From positions 1 through 22,427 of the forward strand of contig JAEORO010000092.1 of assembly GCA_016840855.1 (NCBI GenBank): a stretch of 22,427 nucleotides of DNA. Reading direction: 5' to 3'. Positions 9,618-18,472 of the stretch are shown here, one piece after another. A program made the position numbers and the translations under genes. Position 1 is the first letter of the stretch; every line of letters starts with the position of its first letter. Below the pieces are notes generated by a model. The model was not told the DNA's origin, made no database searches, and saw nothing but the letters and a program-made list of their open reading frames with translations. Source of the DNA: Candidatus Thorarchaeota archaeon. GTDB taxonomy: Archaea; Asgardarchaeota; Thorarchaeia; Thorarchaeales; Thorarchaeaceae.

Positions 9618-9798
9618 CAAGAGGAATCCTAGAGCAGAGACACTCCGACAGATTGAGTTACCCCGAATAATGCAAAAAACTCAACACCTTTACTAATTAC
9701 CCCACAATTCCTGGCGGTGCGCTCTGCTCGTGTATTCTTTTTGAAACTTAGCAGAGTAAAGATAGCTGCTTCTCAATTTTGGAAACGGATTCCCTTTG
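9618..9798 (-). ncRNA. Putative structured RNA, element A (multi-stem junction, unknown family)
   Basis: Nested inverted repeats (+ coordinates): 9618-9629/9787-9798, 9632-9651/9711-9729, 9653-9659/9678-9684, 9741-9754/9766-9776. G-U pairs favour the - strand. Shares sequence blocks with element B. Confidence 0.55.
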
Positions 9799-9804
9799 AA
9801 ACTA

Positions 9805-10404
9805 TTATTTTGATAGCTTGGTGATTAACTCATTACAGAATTGCTCAAGAATTAGTCCTACTCTATCCTGGGTTTCAGTAGTACCATAGAGCTCTGTTAA
9901 TAGATTTAATAAAGCTAGATTATGTAGCATTGCAACTGAAAATTCATTTTTTGCATAGAATTCAGCAATTCTTTCATCCACTATTCCTTTCGCGTCATCG
10001 GTTCCAATTCGCTGAATTGCTTTCTTTCTGACTTCATACATACATGCTTCAAACTCGCTATTCTGAAGAAACTGTCTGATTGGTCCAATTAAGAAGTTCG
10101 CTGAAAGTTCATCGGTGAGATTGTGACTGCCAAGTTCGCGTACGCTATCATTGAATTGAACAAGGATAGGTTCAATGTCAATGGGAACTTTTCTTGCTAC
10201 TTCAATTAGAAATGCTCGGAACTCCTTTCGTCGAATAAGATGAAGATGCTGTTTGAATTCCTCTTCGAATGCTTTTATGACGGGACCAATACCCTGTATT
10301 GATAGTCGGTGTTTTTTATCACGACTGTATAGAACACCTTCTTCTTCAGAGTAGAACTGTAGGTGGACCAGATATTTCACCATGAGTTCTAATTGATCTG
10401 TCAT
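9805..10404 (-). CDS. Hypothetical protein, predicted mostly alpha-helical
   Basis: 199-aa ORF with AGGTGA upstream. No family motif recognised. Confidence 0.8.
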   Translation of the reverse strand: MTDQLELMVKYLVHLQFYSEEEGVLYSRDKKHRLSIQGIGPVIKAFEEEFKQHLHLIRRKEFRAFLIEVARKVPIDIEPILVQFNDSVRELGSHNLTDELSANFLIGPIRQFLQNSEFEACMYEVRKKAIQRIGTDDAKGIVDERIAEFYAKNEFSVAMLHNLALLNLLTELYGTTETQDRVGLILEQFCNELITKLSK

Positions 10405-10463
10405 CTTTGAACATCTAGCTCACCTTTAACAATTCAACATATATTCCTAATTGGGAGTTTCCT

Positions 10464-10510
10464 AAAAAGAGAAAGAGAGATGGGAGGGGTAGATTCCCTA
10501 CCCATTCTCT
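10464..10510 (-). terminator. Hairpin plus U-tract after transcarbamylase 1
   Basis: On the - strand, agagaatgggtagggaatctacccctcccatctctct is followed by ttctcttttt, starting 2 nt after the stop. Confidence 0.6.
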
Positions 10511-10512
10511 AA

Positions 10513-11559
10513 TTATCGCATTGTTAAAGCCATGACAGCTTTCTGAGCGTGCAACCTATTCTCTGCTTGGTCAAAGGCAATGGACTGCGGTCCATCGATG
10601 ACAGAGTTGGTGACTTCAAAACCTCTATCACAGGGCAAACAGTGCATGTATGCTGCCTTGGGACCTGCAATCTTCATCTTGTCATCATCGCAGATCCAAT
10701 GTTTGTTTTTGTCAAACACTGCTTGAGATTTCTCGAGTTCCGGTTTACTGTTGAATGGGGGAATGAACTCCTTACATGTCCAAGCCTTAGGATAGACAAC
10801 GTGAGCTCCCTCAAAAGCTTCATCCATATCGTTCACAATGTCAAAGCTTGCCTCATTCTCTTCTGCGAACAATCTGCATTTGTCTAAAATTCGGTCATCA
10901 AGCTCCATACCCTTTGGATGTGCTAGGACAGTGTCGCATCCCATCTTGGTGGCTGCTATTATTGCACTCTGCGGCACAGCAAGAGGTTTGTGAACTGAGG
11001 GACTATATGCCCATGACATCACGAACTTGACACCCTTGAATGTGCCAAATTTTTCCTTCACAGTCATGATGTCCGCCAATCCTTGGCACGGATGGTAAAT
11101 GTCATCTTCCATGTTGATGATTGGAATATGACTCCAGTGTGCGAAGTTATTGATAATCTCATTCGCGCGACCATAAATCCAGCCAACGGGGTCTCCATAA
11201 CACCTAATCGCTATACCATGACCCATTCTCGCAAGAACACGTGCTACATCTGAAACGCGTTCGGTAGAATAGGCTTTCTCATCTCCTTCAAGAGCTGGAG
11301 CATATATCTTGCCAGGGTCGAGGAAATGTGCATGTCCACCAAGTTGGGTCATCCCTGCCTCGAATGAGTTACGAGTTCTTAGGCTTTGGTTATAGAAAAT
11401 CATGAACAGTGTTTTTGCATCGAGAAGTTTGTGAGGTTCACCCGTCGCAAACTTGCGCTTTAAATCAAGTGCAACCTCTAGGAGTGTCTCGATCTCCTCC
11501 TTCGTGTAATCAAGCAGGGTTATGAAGTCCCTGCCACGAAAAGTCTCTGTTTTAACCAT
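10513..11559 (-). CDS. Ornithine/aspartate carbamoyltransferase superfamily protein, YgeW/AOTCase-like (paralog 1)
   Basis: SLRTR carbamoyl-phosphate loop, HPCQ, HCLP, QAENRLH. Has SWAYSPSVHKPLAVPQ (YgeW-like). YPKAW replaces the DxxxSMG motif of true ArgF. Confidence 0.9.
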   Translation of the reverse strand: MVKTETFRGRDFITLLDYTKEEIETLLEVALDLKRKFATGEPHKLLDAKTLFMIFYNQSLRTRNSFEAGMTQLGGHAHFLDPGKIYAPALEGDEKAYSTERVSDVARVLARMGHGIAIRCYGDPVGWIYGRANEIINNFAHWSHIPIINMEDDIYHPCQGLADIMTVKEKFGTFKGVKFVMSWAYSPSVHKPLAVPQSAIIAATKMGCDTVLAHPKGMELDDRILDKCRLFAEENEASFDIVNDMDEAFEGAHVVYPKAWTCKEFIPPFNSKPELEKSQAVFDKNKHWICDDDKMKIAGPKAAYMHCLPCDRGFEVTNSVIDGPQSIAFDQAENRLHAQKAVMALTMR

Positions 11560-11611
11560 GGTTGGTCACAACCTCTTTACTCGCATTGCAGCTTATAGAA
11601 AAAGCTTACCC

Positions 11612-11780
11612 ATTGTTGAAAACATAGAATTCTTATCAAATAGTTCATCTGGTTAGACGAGGGTTTTTGTTATTCAGTTTGAGCCAGATGTAACGCTTGC
11701 GTCAGTTAATCTAGCTATTCAACGATTCTATCTCAAAAAAAGTGAATCAATTAACATCTTTCAGTCTAATCATTGAAAGA
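11612..11780 (+). promoter_or_regulatory. Structured spacer/leader (element C) between the divergent transcarbamylase 1 and SnoaL genes
   Basis: Stems at 11612-11620/11718-11726, 11643-11654/11682-11694 and 11757-11765/11772-11780, each with G-U pairs favouring the + strand. Confidence 0.35.
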
Positions 11781-11831
11781 CTAAACTTCATCAAGGGGTA
11801 AGTCAATCTTTTGGATAGAGAGGTGCTGAAT

Positions 11832-12272
11832 ATGGAATCTATCACATCCCAAATTGAAGAGATTGTTAACAGAGAAACTGAAGCTTGGGATAAACAGGAT
11901 GTTGACTTATTGATGACAGTCTTTCACCCTGATATGGTCTGGCCTTGGCCACCTCATGCAAAGGCTCACGACCCGATGGACTGGGTTATTGAGTGGGGGC
12001 GTTATGATGCTAAGAGATGGCGGAGAGGATGGCAAGACCTCTTTGACACGCACGATCTTGTTCATAATATTCGGACCATCAAAAAGATAGAGATATCTAA
12101 AGAGGGAGATGGTGCGTTTGCAGTTGTTGATATTGATACTCTCTGGCGTAACAAAGACGGAAATGACACCCATTGGATGGGTCGAACATGTAAAATTTAT
12201 TCAAAGATTATAAATCAATGGAAGATGACAGCGCAGGTTGGTGTTCTCGATTATCATGATGTCATGATATAG
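11832..12272 (+). CDS. SnoaL-like / NTF2-family protein
   Basis: N-terminal helix then AWDKQDVDLLMTVFHPD; beta-rich end with GRTCKIYSKIINQWKM. GAGGTG RBS precedes ATG 11832. Confidence 0.85.
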   Translation: MESITSQIEEIVNRETEAWDKQDVDLLMTVFHPDMVWPWPPHAKAHDPMDWVIEWGRYDAKRWRRGWQDLFDTHDLVHNIRTIKKIEISKEGDGAFAVVDIDTLWRNKDGNDTHWMGRTCKIYSKIINQWKMTAQVGVLDYHDVMI

Positions 12273-12359
12273 GCGGCTTTGGTTTAGTAATCTCTCCTAA
12301 TGCTTAAAGGGAGCTGAGCACATAATATCTGAATTGAATTATTAACAATTGGAGAGAAA

Positions 12360-14951
12360 ATGATGAAGAGAAAGGTTGTGAACCTTGCCTTCTCATTCAT
12401 TGGTCCGATCGCATTAATCATTATTTTGACAATGCCAATAGGTCCATTGACCGGGGGGCTAGGCATCATTGAACCGTGGGGCGGGATATTCGATGTTGGA
12501 CGTGGGATTCAATATCCGAATTCTCAGACGGTTGTCATTCCTGAAATGATAGGTGGTGCAGATGTCATAATTGATGAATGGGGCATTCCCCATATCTATG
12601 GCGACACAGTTGAAGATGTCTTTGCAGCGCTAGGGTATATGCATGCCCGAGACCGTCTATTTCAAATGGTGATGCAGACGTATCTTGCTGCTGGACGTAT
12701 AAGTGAGGTCGTTGGTAGTATTGCAGTAGATACTGACAAATATCAGCGAACCATTGGTCTAGCGAAATCAGCTGAAGAAGCTTATCAATGGTATCTTGAT
12801 AATTCTGACACAAATGAAGATGTGAGTTATACGCTGCGTGCTGTTAATGCGCATGTTGATGGAATCAATGCATTCATCAACTCCATGACTAGTGAAACCA
12901 CACCCATAGAGTTCAAGATACTTGGGTTCACTCCAGATCCTTGGAAGCCAGTCTATTCATTCATCTGGGCTAAATATATGACTTGGACTCTCTCAGGTGG
13001 CATTGAAGATCTCAGGAATGAATACATTAGAATTCAACTCGATAATGATACAATGTATAGTGAGCTCATTCCAGATGTTTTTCCAGATACTGTGCCAATA
13101 ATCCCTGAACAGTACAATCTCAGTCTTGTAGACTATCCTGACGCACCAGGTGGATATCCTGCAAGCGTGACACCTCCGCCTCCAGTACTTGCGGAAGATG
13201 CGCCAACCAATCTTATTTCCTTAGAGAAAATCAATGAGGTCTTGGAAGCAACATCTGACTTGCTTGAATTCTTTGGAGATAGAGCATTTGTTGGTAGTAA
13301 CAGCTGGGCTGTAAATGGCAGCAAGACCGCAGATGGTCAAGCTATGCTTGCTAATGATCCTCACCTTACTCTTCAGGCACCATCTCTTTGGTATGAGGTC
13401 CAACTAGTTGTTGCTGGGGAGTTGAACGTACAAGGTGGATCTCTACCTGGAACCCCTGGAATATTGATTGGTCATACTGAGCATATTGCATGGGGGATGA
13501 CTAATGTGGGTGCTGATCTCCTCGACATCTTTGTTGAAGAGCTAAATCCAGCAAACCCAAATCAATATCGGTACAATGGTGAATGGGTGGATTTTGAAAT
13601 TATAGATGAACCAATCAAGGTAAGCGGTGGATCTGATGTTGCATTTAATGTCAGCTGGTCGGTTCATGGACCATGTATTGACTCCATCACTAGTACCTAC
13701 AATCTTGATGACCAAGAGTCTTTTCCAAACCTCGCAATGAACTGGACCGGTTCTGGTGTGACTCATGAGATATTGACACTTGGGATACTTAATAGAGCAA
13801 ATAATCTCCAAGACTACTTTGATGCTATGTATTGGTGGGACTCACCACCTCACAATTTCATCTATGCTGATGATGCAGGTAATATAGCTCTTACAGTCGC
13901 TGGACGGTTCCCACTCCGAGCAGGATACTCGGGTAATTTCCCAGTGAGAGCTGTCAATGATTCTGTTGGCATGGTGAGTAATGTACCATACGCGTTCAAT
14001 CCACGTTCTGTTAATCCATCACAATGTTTCCTCCAATCTGCGAATCAGAAGTCAATTGATCCTGCAACTTATCCCTATACGATATTAGGTCATCAATCAC
14101 CTGATTACAGAGGTGAACGCATACATATGTGGTTGGATGCAGCCAGTGACCTTACTGCGGAAGATATGATGATACTACAAGCTGATATTGTTGATCTCAC
14201 TGCTGAGAAAATGCTGCCATATGTGCTAACTGCATGGTCAACAGCTGGTGATGGTAATGCGACTATTAATGGAATTATTGGTTTGTTGAACACTTGGAAC
14301 TATGAAATGGATGTCGATATACCAGCCCCAACAATCTGGGTGTACCTTCTTGAAAATATGAGATACGAAGTCTTCGATGAGCTACGGTCTAAGAGTCTTT
14401 CTGCTTCGATAGCAGCAGTTCCTGTCCTTGAATGGGTAGTGACAAACTCAATTTCCTACTACATCGATGACCACACAACAGTTGGAACTGTTGAGAGTCT
14501 AAATGAGATCTTGATTCGTGCACTCCATAGAACTGCGTCAAATCTGTATTCAATTAGTGATAATCCAGATGATTGGAATTATGGACTCCATCATACTATT
14601 GAGATTGAGCATATAGCTGGTTTCACCTATATTGGTGGCGGAGAACATAGAGGAAGTGGATATACAGTCAATGTTGGTAGCGGAGCTGTCGTACACCACG
14701 GACCTTCACGTAGAATGATTGTCAGCTATACACCGATTCCAGAGTATTATGTAATCTATCCCGGAGGACAGAGTCAAGTCATGTTCAGCGAGCACTGGGA
14801 TGACCTGTTTGTTCTTTGGTATGATTATGACCCAATAACAGGTCACTATGACTATATACTAGAATACAACTATGCTACTGCTGCGGCATTTGAAGCTGCT
14901 AATGATGGGACAATGATTGAGATGGTCATCGCCTTAATACCAAGGAGGTAA
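12360..14951 (+). CDS. Penicillin acylase family protein (Ntn hydrolase, peptidase S45), membrane-anchored or secreted
   Basis: N-terminal hydrophobic segment; DEWGIPHIYG, GYMHARDRLFQM, autocleavage site GSNSWAV, LANDPHL, SANQ, YPGGQS. Confidence 0.93.
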   Translation: MMKRKVVNLAFSFIGPIALIIILTMPIGPLTGGLGIIEPWGGIFDVGRGIQYPNSQTVVIPEMIGGADVIIDEWGIPHIYGDTVEDVFAALGYMHARDRLFQMVMQTYLAAGRISEVVGSIAVDTDKYQRTIGLAKSAEEAYQWYLDNSDTNEDVSYTLRAVNAHVDGINAFINSMTSETTPIEFKILGFTPDPWKPVYSFIWAKYMTWTLSGGIEDLRNEYIRIQLDNDTMYSELIPDVFPDTVPIIPEQYNLSLVDYPDAPGGYPASVTPPPPVLAEDAPTNLISLEKINEVLEATSDLLEFFGDRAFVGSNSWAVNGSKTADGQAMLANDPHLTLQAPSLWYEVQLVVAGELNVQGGSLPGTPGILIGHTEHIAWGMTNVGADLLDIFVEELNPANPNQYRYNGEWVDFEIIDEPIKVSGGSDVAFNVSWSVHGPCIDSITSTYNLDDQESFPNLAMNWTGSGVTHEILTLGILNRANNLQDYFDAMYWWDSPPHNFIYADDAGNIALTVAGRFPLRAGYSGNFPVRAVNDSVGMVSNVPYAFNPRSVNPSQCFLQSANQKSIDPATYPYTILGHQSPDYRGERIHMWLDAASDLTAEDMMILQADIVDLTAEKMLPYVLTAWSTAGDGNATINGIIGLLNTWNYEMDVDIPAPTIWVYLLENMRYEVFDELRSKSLSASIAAVPVLEWVVTNSISYYIDDHTTVGTVESLNEILIRALHRTASNLYSISDNPDDWNYGLHHTIEIEHIAGFTYIGGGEHRGSGYTVNVGSGAVVHHGPSRRMIVSYTPIPEYYVIYPGGQSQVMFSEHWDDLFVLWYDYDPITGHYDYILEYNYATAAAFEAANDGTMIEMVIALIPRR

Positions 14952-14955
14952 ATCA

Positions 14956-15381
14956 ATGAGGAAAATCGATGATATCATGCCTAATATAGGATTCATCCCA
15001 GCACTGATAGTAACCATCGTAATTGGAGCTGCGCTTCAATTAAGTGGTGCTTGGATTGCAATGTTGATAGCTGGTGCACTAGGTTCATTGTTCGTAAGAA
15101 GGCATCGTATTGCATTTTTGGTGGGCTTTCTAGGAATAATGTTTGCCTGGGCAATACTCTTTGTTTATCTCATTTTGACAGCGCAAGCGATGGCAATTGC
15201 TGAATTCTTCATCGGTCTACTGGGATTAAGTGGAATGGGTTGGTTGGTCATTGTAATTAGTTGTCTTCTTGGAGGATTGTTAGGTGGTTTCGGTTCGCTC
15301 TTTGGGCGGTCGCTCGTAGAACTCATTGATGAACTGATTCCAAATAACACCCAAGATAGAAAAGAGCCATTAAATGAGTAG
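14956..15381 (+). CDS. Small Gly-rich multi-pass membrane protein
   Basis: About 4 TM helices with GxxxG motifs. Starts 4 nt after the acylase stop, with GGAGG RBS, so probably co-transcribed. Confidence 0.8.
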   Translation: MRKIDDIMPNIGFIPALIVTIVIGAALQLSGAWIAMLIAGALGSLFVRRHRIAFLVGFLGIMFAWAILFVYLILTAQAMAIAEFFIGLLGLSGMGWLVIVISCLLGGLLGGFGSLFGRSLVELIDELIPNNTQDRKEPLNE

Positions 15382-15401
15382 AATCTTTGAAAGCTATGGT
15401 C

Positions 15402-15956
15402 CTAGCCATGGCTTTCATTCTTTCCTTTTATGATAAACCCTAAACCCCCAGCTGTGAATCCTCCAATAATCACCAATGTTAATACAACAAAGCTGTTGAT
15501 CGCATCAGTTCTGTCCAAGGTTCCATTGATTGTCATTATGTAGATTGAATCATTGTAGTATACAATATACCAGACTCCTTTGGAAGGAACCTCAAAAGTC
15601 CATCTGAGACTTAGCACATTATTTCTTGCAAAAGCTGCTACAAATGTTTGACCTTCCACAAAGAGGGAATAATTAACGTTGTCAAGTATATAGAATTGTA
15701 TCCCCTCTAGACTCCAGTCGTCGTATTTCTTTTCGTCTCCAAAAAAGAGAGAACCATCACATACGACCTCAAAACTTCCTAATAGCATGTCCCCCTTTTG
15801 ACAGTCAATATCGTATGCTCTCCAAGAAACGCCCTCTACCAAAATATTGTGGGACTCTTTTATTTCAATCTGAGAGCTAATATCACCATCCACTGCATCA
15901 ACTCCTATCACCAAAATGATGAATAATAGAGGCAGTAGACATATTTTCTTGATCAA
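15402..15956 (-). CDS. Type I membrane protein with a GOLD/emp24-like beta-sandwich
   Basis: Signal peptide, beta-rich domain (GDMLLGSFEV..IQFYILD..WTFEVPSKGVWYIVYYN), C-terminal TM and a short Lys-containing tail. Confidence 0.7.
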   Translation of the reverse strand: MIKKICLLPLLFIILVIGVDAVDGDISSQIEIKESHNILVEGVSWRAYDIDCQKGDMLLGSFEVVCDGSLFFGDEKKYDDWSLEGIQFYILDNVNYSLFVEGQTFVAAFARNNVLSLRWTFEVPSKGVWYIVYYNDSIYIMTINGTLDRTDAINSFVVLTLVIIGGFTAGGLGFIIKGKNESHG

Positions 15957-16052
15957 GTCTTGCTACTCCATATTTAATGACCAATACAACTGGCATATGC
16001 GCTTTTATTCTATATTAATTTCCAAATAAGATTAAGCCACTGCGAAAGAGAT

Positions 16053-16113
16053 TTAACTATGGTTAATATAGGAAAGGGGGATGAGCTAAGGAAGGTCTTT
16101 TATCTCCTTTCCT
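16053..16113 (+). promoter_or_regulatory. Palindrome plus strong inverted repeat upstream of fprA
   Basis: TTAAC-tatg-GTTAA (16053-16066) overlaps TATA-like sequence. AGGAAAGGGGGAT/ATCTCCTTTCCT at 16070-16082/16102-16113. Confidence 0.4.
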
Positions 16114-16146
16114 GCGCTCAAAATGACAAGACTTTGGGTGAAGGAA

Positions 16147-17331
16147 ATGTATAGAGAAGTGGCCAAAGGCGTTTATTATATTGGCGTTGATGATCATCAT
16201 ACAGAGCTATTTGAAAATCTATGGAAGATACCCTTTGGAGTTTCGTATAACAGCTATCTCATAGTGGATGAGAAAGTCGCACTTATTGAAACCGTCAAGG
16301 GACCATGGTCTGAGCAATGGCAAGAAAATATCCGTGAAATTATTGATCCTGCAAAGATAGACTACATCATACTCAATCATATGGAACCAGACCATACTAG
16401 CTCTCTTCCTGATATTGCGAAGATCGCTACGAACGCCACGATGATTTATACAAACAAAGCTTCTGACATGCAGAAGTCATTCTATGACATTCCCTTAAAA
16501 GAAAAGACAGTCGAAGATTTAGAGGAGATCTCCCTCGGAACGAAGACTCTCAAGTTTATACATGCACCTTTCCTTCACTGGCCGGAAACAATGATGACCT
16601 ACATTATAGAGGATGAGATTCTCTTCTCATGTGATGCCTTTGGAGCTTTTGGCGCATTGAATGAAAAGGTGTTTGATGACGAGATTGACCTTAGAATGGT
16701 TGAGTCAGAAAGCAGACGATACCTTTCTGCAATCATTACTTCCTACTTCAAGTTCGTACAAAGAGGAATTGAAAAGGTAAAAGATCTTGGAATTGGCATC
16801 AAGGTGATTGCTCCGAGTCATGGTCCAATCTATAGGAAAGACCCGATGTGGATCGTAGATAGGTACAATGAGTGGACACGACCAGAGCTTGAGAAATATG
16901 CGACAATTGTGTATGGAACAATGTATGGCTACAATCATCGCTTAGCTATCAAGCTGAAGAAGGAACTAATTGATCTTGGCGTTGAGGTTAAGCTGCACAA
17001 TATCTCATATACTGAGATGAGTAGAGTTCTTGTTGATGCAATAAGGGCTGGAGTTCTGATTGTTGGTACTCCAACCTATGATGCATTTCCATTCCCAAAG
17101 ATTTGGGCATTCGTGAATGAAGTCCAAGGGAAAAGATTCCCTGTAAAAACAGTGGCTCTCTTTGGAACCTATGGATGGGGTGGTGGAGGAGTCAAGAAAC
17201 TTCAGAATATGTTTGAGGAGATGAAGTTTGAGATTCTAGAACCAATCATTCGTGTAAAAGCACGACCCTCTGATGAAGAGAGTGAACAGATCAGACTTCT
17301 CGCCAAAGCGATTGCAAAAAGACTGCAGTAA
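16147..17331 (+). CDS. fprA: Flavodiiron protein (FprA, O2/NO reductase)
   Basis: Diiron ligand motifs HMEPDH, LHWPE, CDAFG and SHG. Flavodoxin domain with GTMYGYN and GTYGWGGG. GGGTGA RBS favours ATG 16147 over 16123. Confidence 0.95.
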   Translation: MYREVAKGVYYIGVDDHHTELFENLWKIPFGVSYNSYLIVDEKVALIETVKGPWSEQWQENIREIIDPAKIDYIILNHMEPDHTSSLPDIAKIATNATMIYTNKASDMQKSFYDIPLKEKTVEDLEEISLGTKTLKFIHAPFLHWPETMMTYIIEDEILFSCDAFGAFGALNEKVFDDEIDLRMVESESRRYLSAIITSYFKFVQRGIEKVKDLGIGIKVIAPSHGPIYRKDPMWIVDRYNEWTRPELEKYATIVYGTMYGYNHRLAIKLKKELIDLGVEVKLHNISYTEMSRVLVDAIRAGVLIVGTPTYDAFPFPKIWAFVNEVQGKRFPVKTVALFGTYGWGGGGVKKLQNMFEEMKFEILEPIIRVKARPSDEESEQIRLLAKAIAKRLQ

Positions 17332-17453
17332 GAATAATTGAAAGTTAGTCTGGTCTAACCGCATTCTTATTAACGACATACCCCTGAACTACGTATTCTC
17401 GCATTAGCGTAGAAATGATAGGAGAGTATAATCTTCGTAGTGAGTTGAGAGAT

Positions 17454-18041
17454 ATGAATCTTAAGGGAACAAAAACCGAGAAGAATCTGCTAACTTCCTT
17501 TGCTGGCGAATCTCAAGCACGCAATAGATATACAATTGCTGCAAAGACTGCCAAAAAAGAAGGCTATCCTCATATTGCAGCAATCTTTGAAGAAACTGCG
17601 GGTCATGAGCTAGAACATGCTAAGAGATTCTTCACTACTCTTAAGGAAGGTGGAGCCACAGAAGCTATCAAGGTAGAGTGGGATTTCCCAACAAGTGGCG
17701 GCTATGAAAATACTGAGTCACTTCTCAGACACGCAGCAGCTGGTGAGAAGTTTGAATTCACAGAAATGTATCCAGGTTATGCTGACATAGCAGAAAAAGA
17801 GGGCTTCAAAAGCATCGCTCATATGTGGCGAATGATCGCGAAGGCTGAAACTTGGCATCATGAACGATACTTAGCTTTGGCTGACCAGATTAAGGATGGT
17901 AGCATTTTCAAGAAGAATGAGAAAGTCAAGTGGCGCTGCGATAATTGTGGTTATATTCACGAAGGTACCAGTCCACCAGACAAATGCCCTGCTTGTCAAC
18001 ATGATAAGGCTTACTTTATGCTCCATTTCTCAGAATACTAG
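17454..18041 (+). CDS. rbr: Rubrerythrin
   Basis: LKGTKTEKNL..FAGESQARNRY, ELEH, ETWH, and a rubredoxin-like CDNC..CPAC domain. ATG 17454 gives the family-typical N-terminus. Confidence 0.96.
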   Translation: MNLKGTKTEKNLLTSFAGESQARNRYTIAAKTAKKEGYPHIAAIFEETAGHELEHAKRFFTTLKEGGATEAIKVEWDFPTSGGYENTESLLRHAAAGEKFEFTEMYPGYADIAEKEGFKSIAHMWRMIAKAETWHHERYLALADQIKDGSIFKKNEKVKWRCDNCGYIHEGTSPPDKCPACQHDKAYFMLHFSEY

Positions 18042-18050
18042 TTCTACTAT

Positions 18051-18090
18051 TACCTTGGTCACCAATAGGCCAAGGTACTTTCTATTTCTT
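18051..18090 (+). terminator. Hairpin plus U-rich tract after rbr
   Basis: TACCTTGGTC-accaata-GGCCAAGGTA (10 bp, one G-U on +) followed by ctttctatttctt. Confidence 0.6.
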
Positions 18091-18118
18091 ACTTGATAGA
18101 CACTTTGTAGCAGTCCAT

Positions 18119-18472
18119 TTACCTTAACCCATAATCGATATTCTGAGCGATTATTTCAGTTATTTTCTTGGCATCGTTCATGCGGCCATTATACCGTACA
18201 GTAACTGGTTTCTCGAATGTTGTAAAATCTACACGTAGATTTACTCCAAAAGGTTGTGTGGGCTCTAATGCCACATTATCAATTAGATTCAAGTCAATAG
18301 CATGTGCTGTCCTCTGTTTGGAACTAAATAGTCCACCTCCGATAGCAAAGACCAAACGTTTCTGTGTAAGTATAAGTCTCCCATCTGTGAACCCACCAGA
18401 ATCATGAAGAAAGCTAAACTCGCCATTCGCTAAAACTTGCTCATCTGGCTCTCTCTCATCAAAGGTTACCAT
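18119..18472 (-). CDS. Small PH/GRAM-like domain protein
   Basis: GRLILTQKRLVF..GLF..IDLNLIDNV pattern typical of prokaryotic PH-fold domains, with a C-terminal helix. Confidence 0.75.
   Translation of the reverse strand: MVTFDEREPDEQVLANGEFSFLHDSGGFTDGRLILTQKRLVFAIGGGLFSSKQRTAHAIDLNLIDNVALEPTQPFGVNLRVDFTTFEKPVTVRYNGRMNDAKKITEIIAQNIDYGLR

Noticed and set aside
9618-9798. Elements A/B as SECIS
   Set aside because: I found no nearby gene with a plausible in-frame UGA recoding site, and no clear AUGA/GA or archaeal GAA/A core.
10513-11559. Assigning the symbol argF to either transcarbamylase
   Set aside because: The ornithine-binding DxxxSMG motif and STRT are absent from both.
16070-16120. 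Fluoride riboswitch or H-type pseudoknot before fprA
   Set aside because: Spacing does not match crcB, and a 2-nt linker cannot span a 12-bp stem, so the pairings are alternatives at best.
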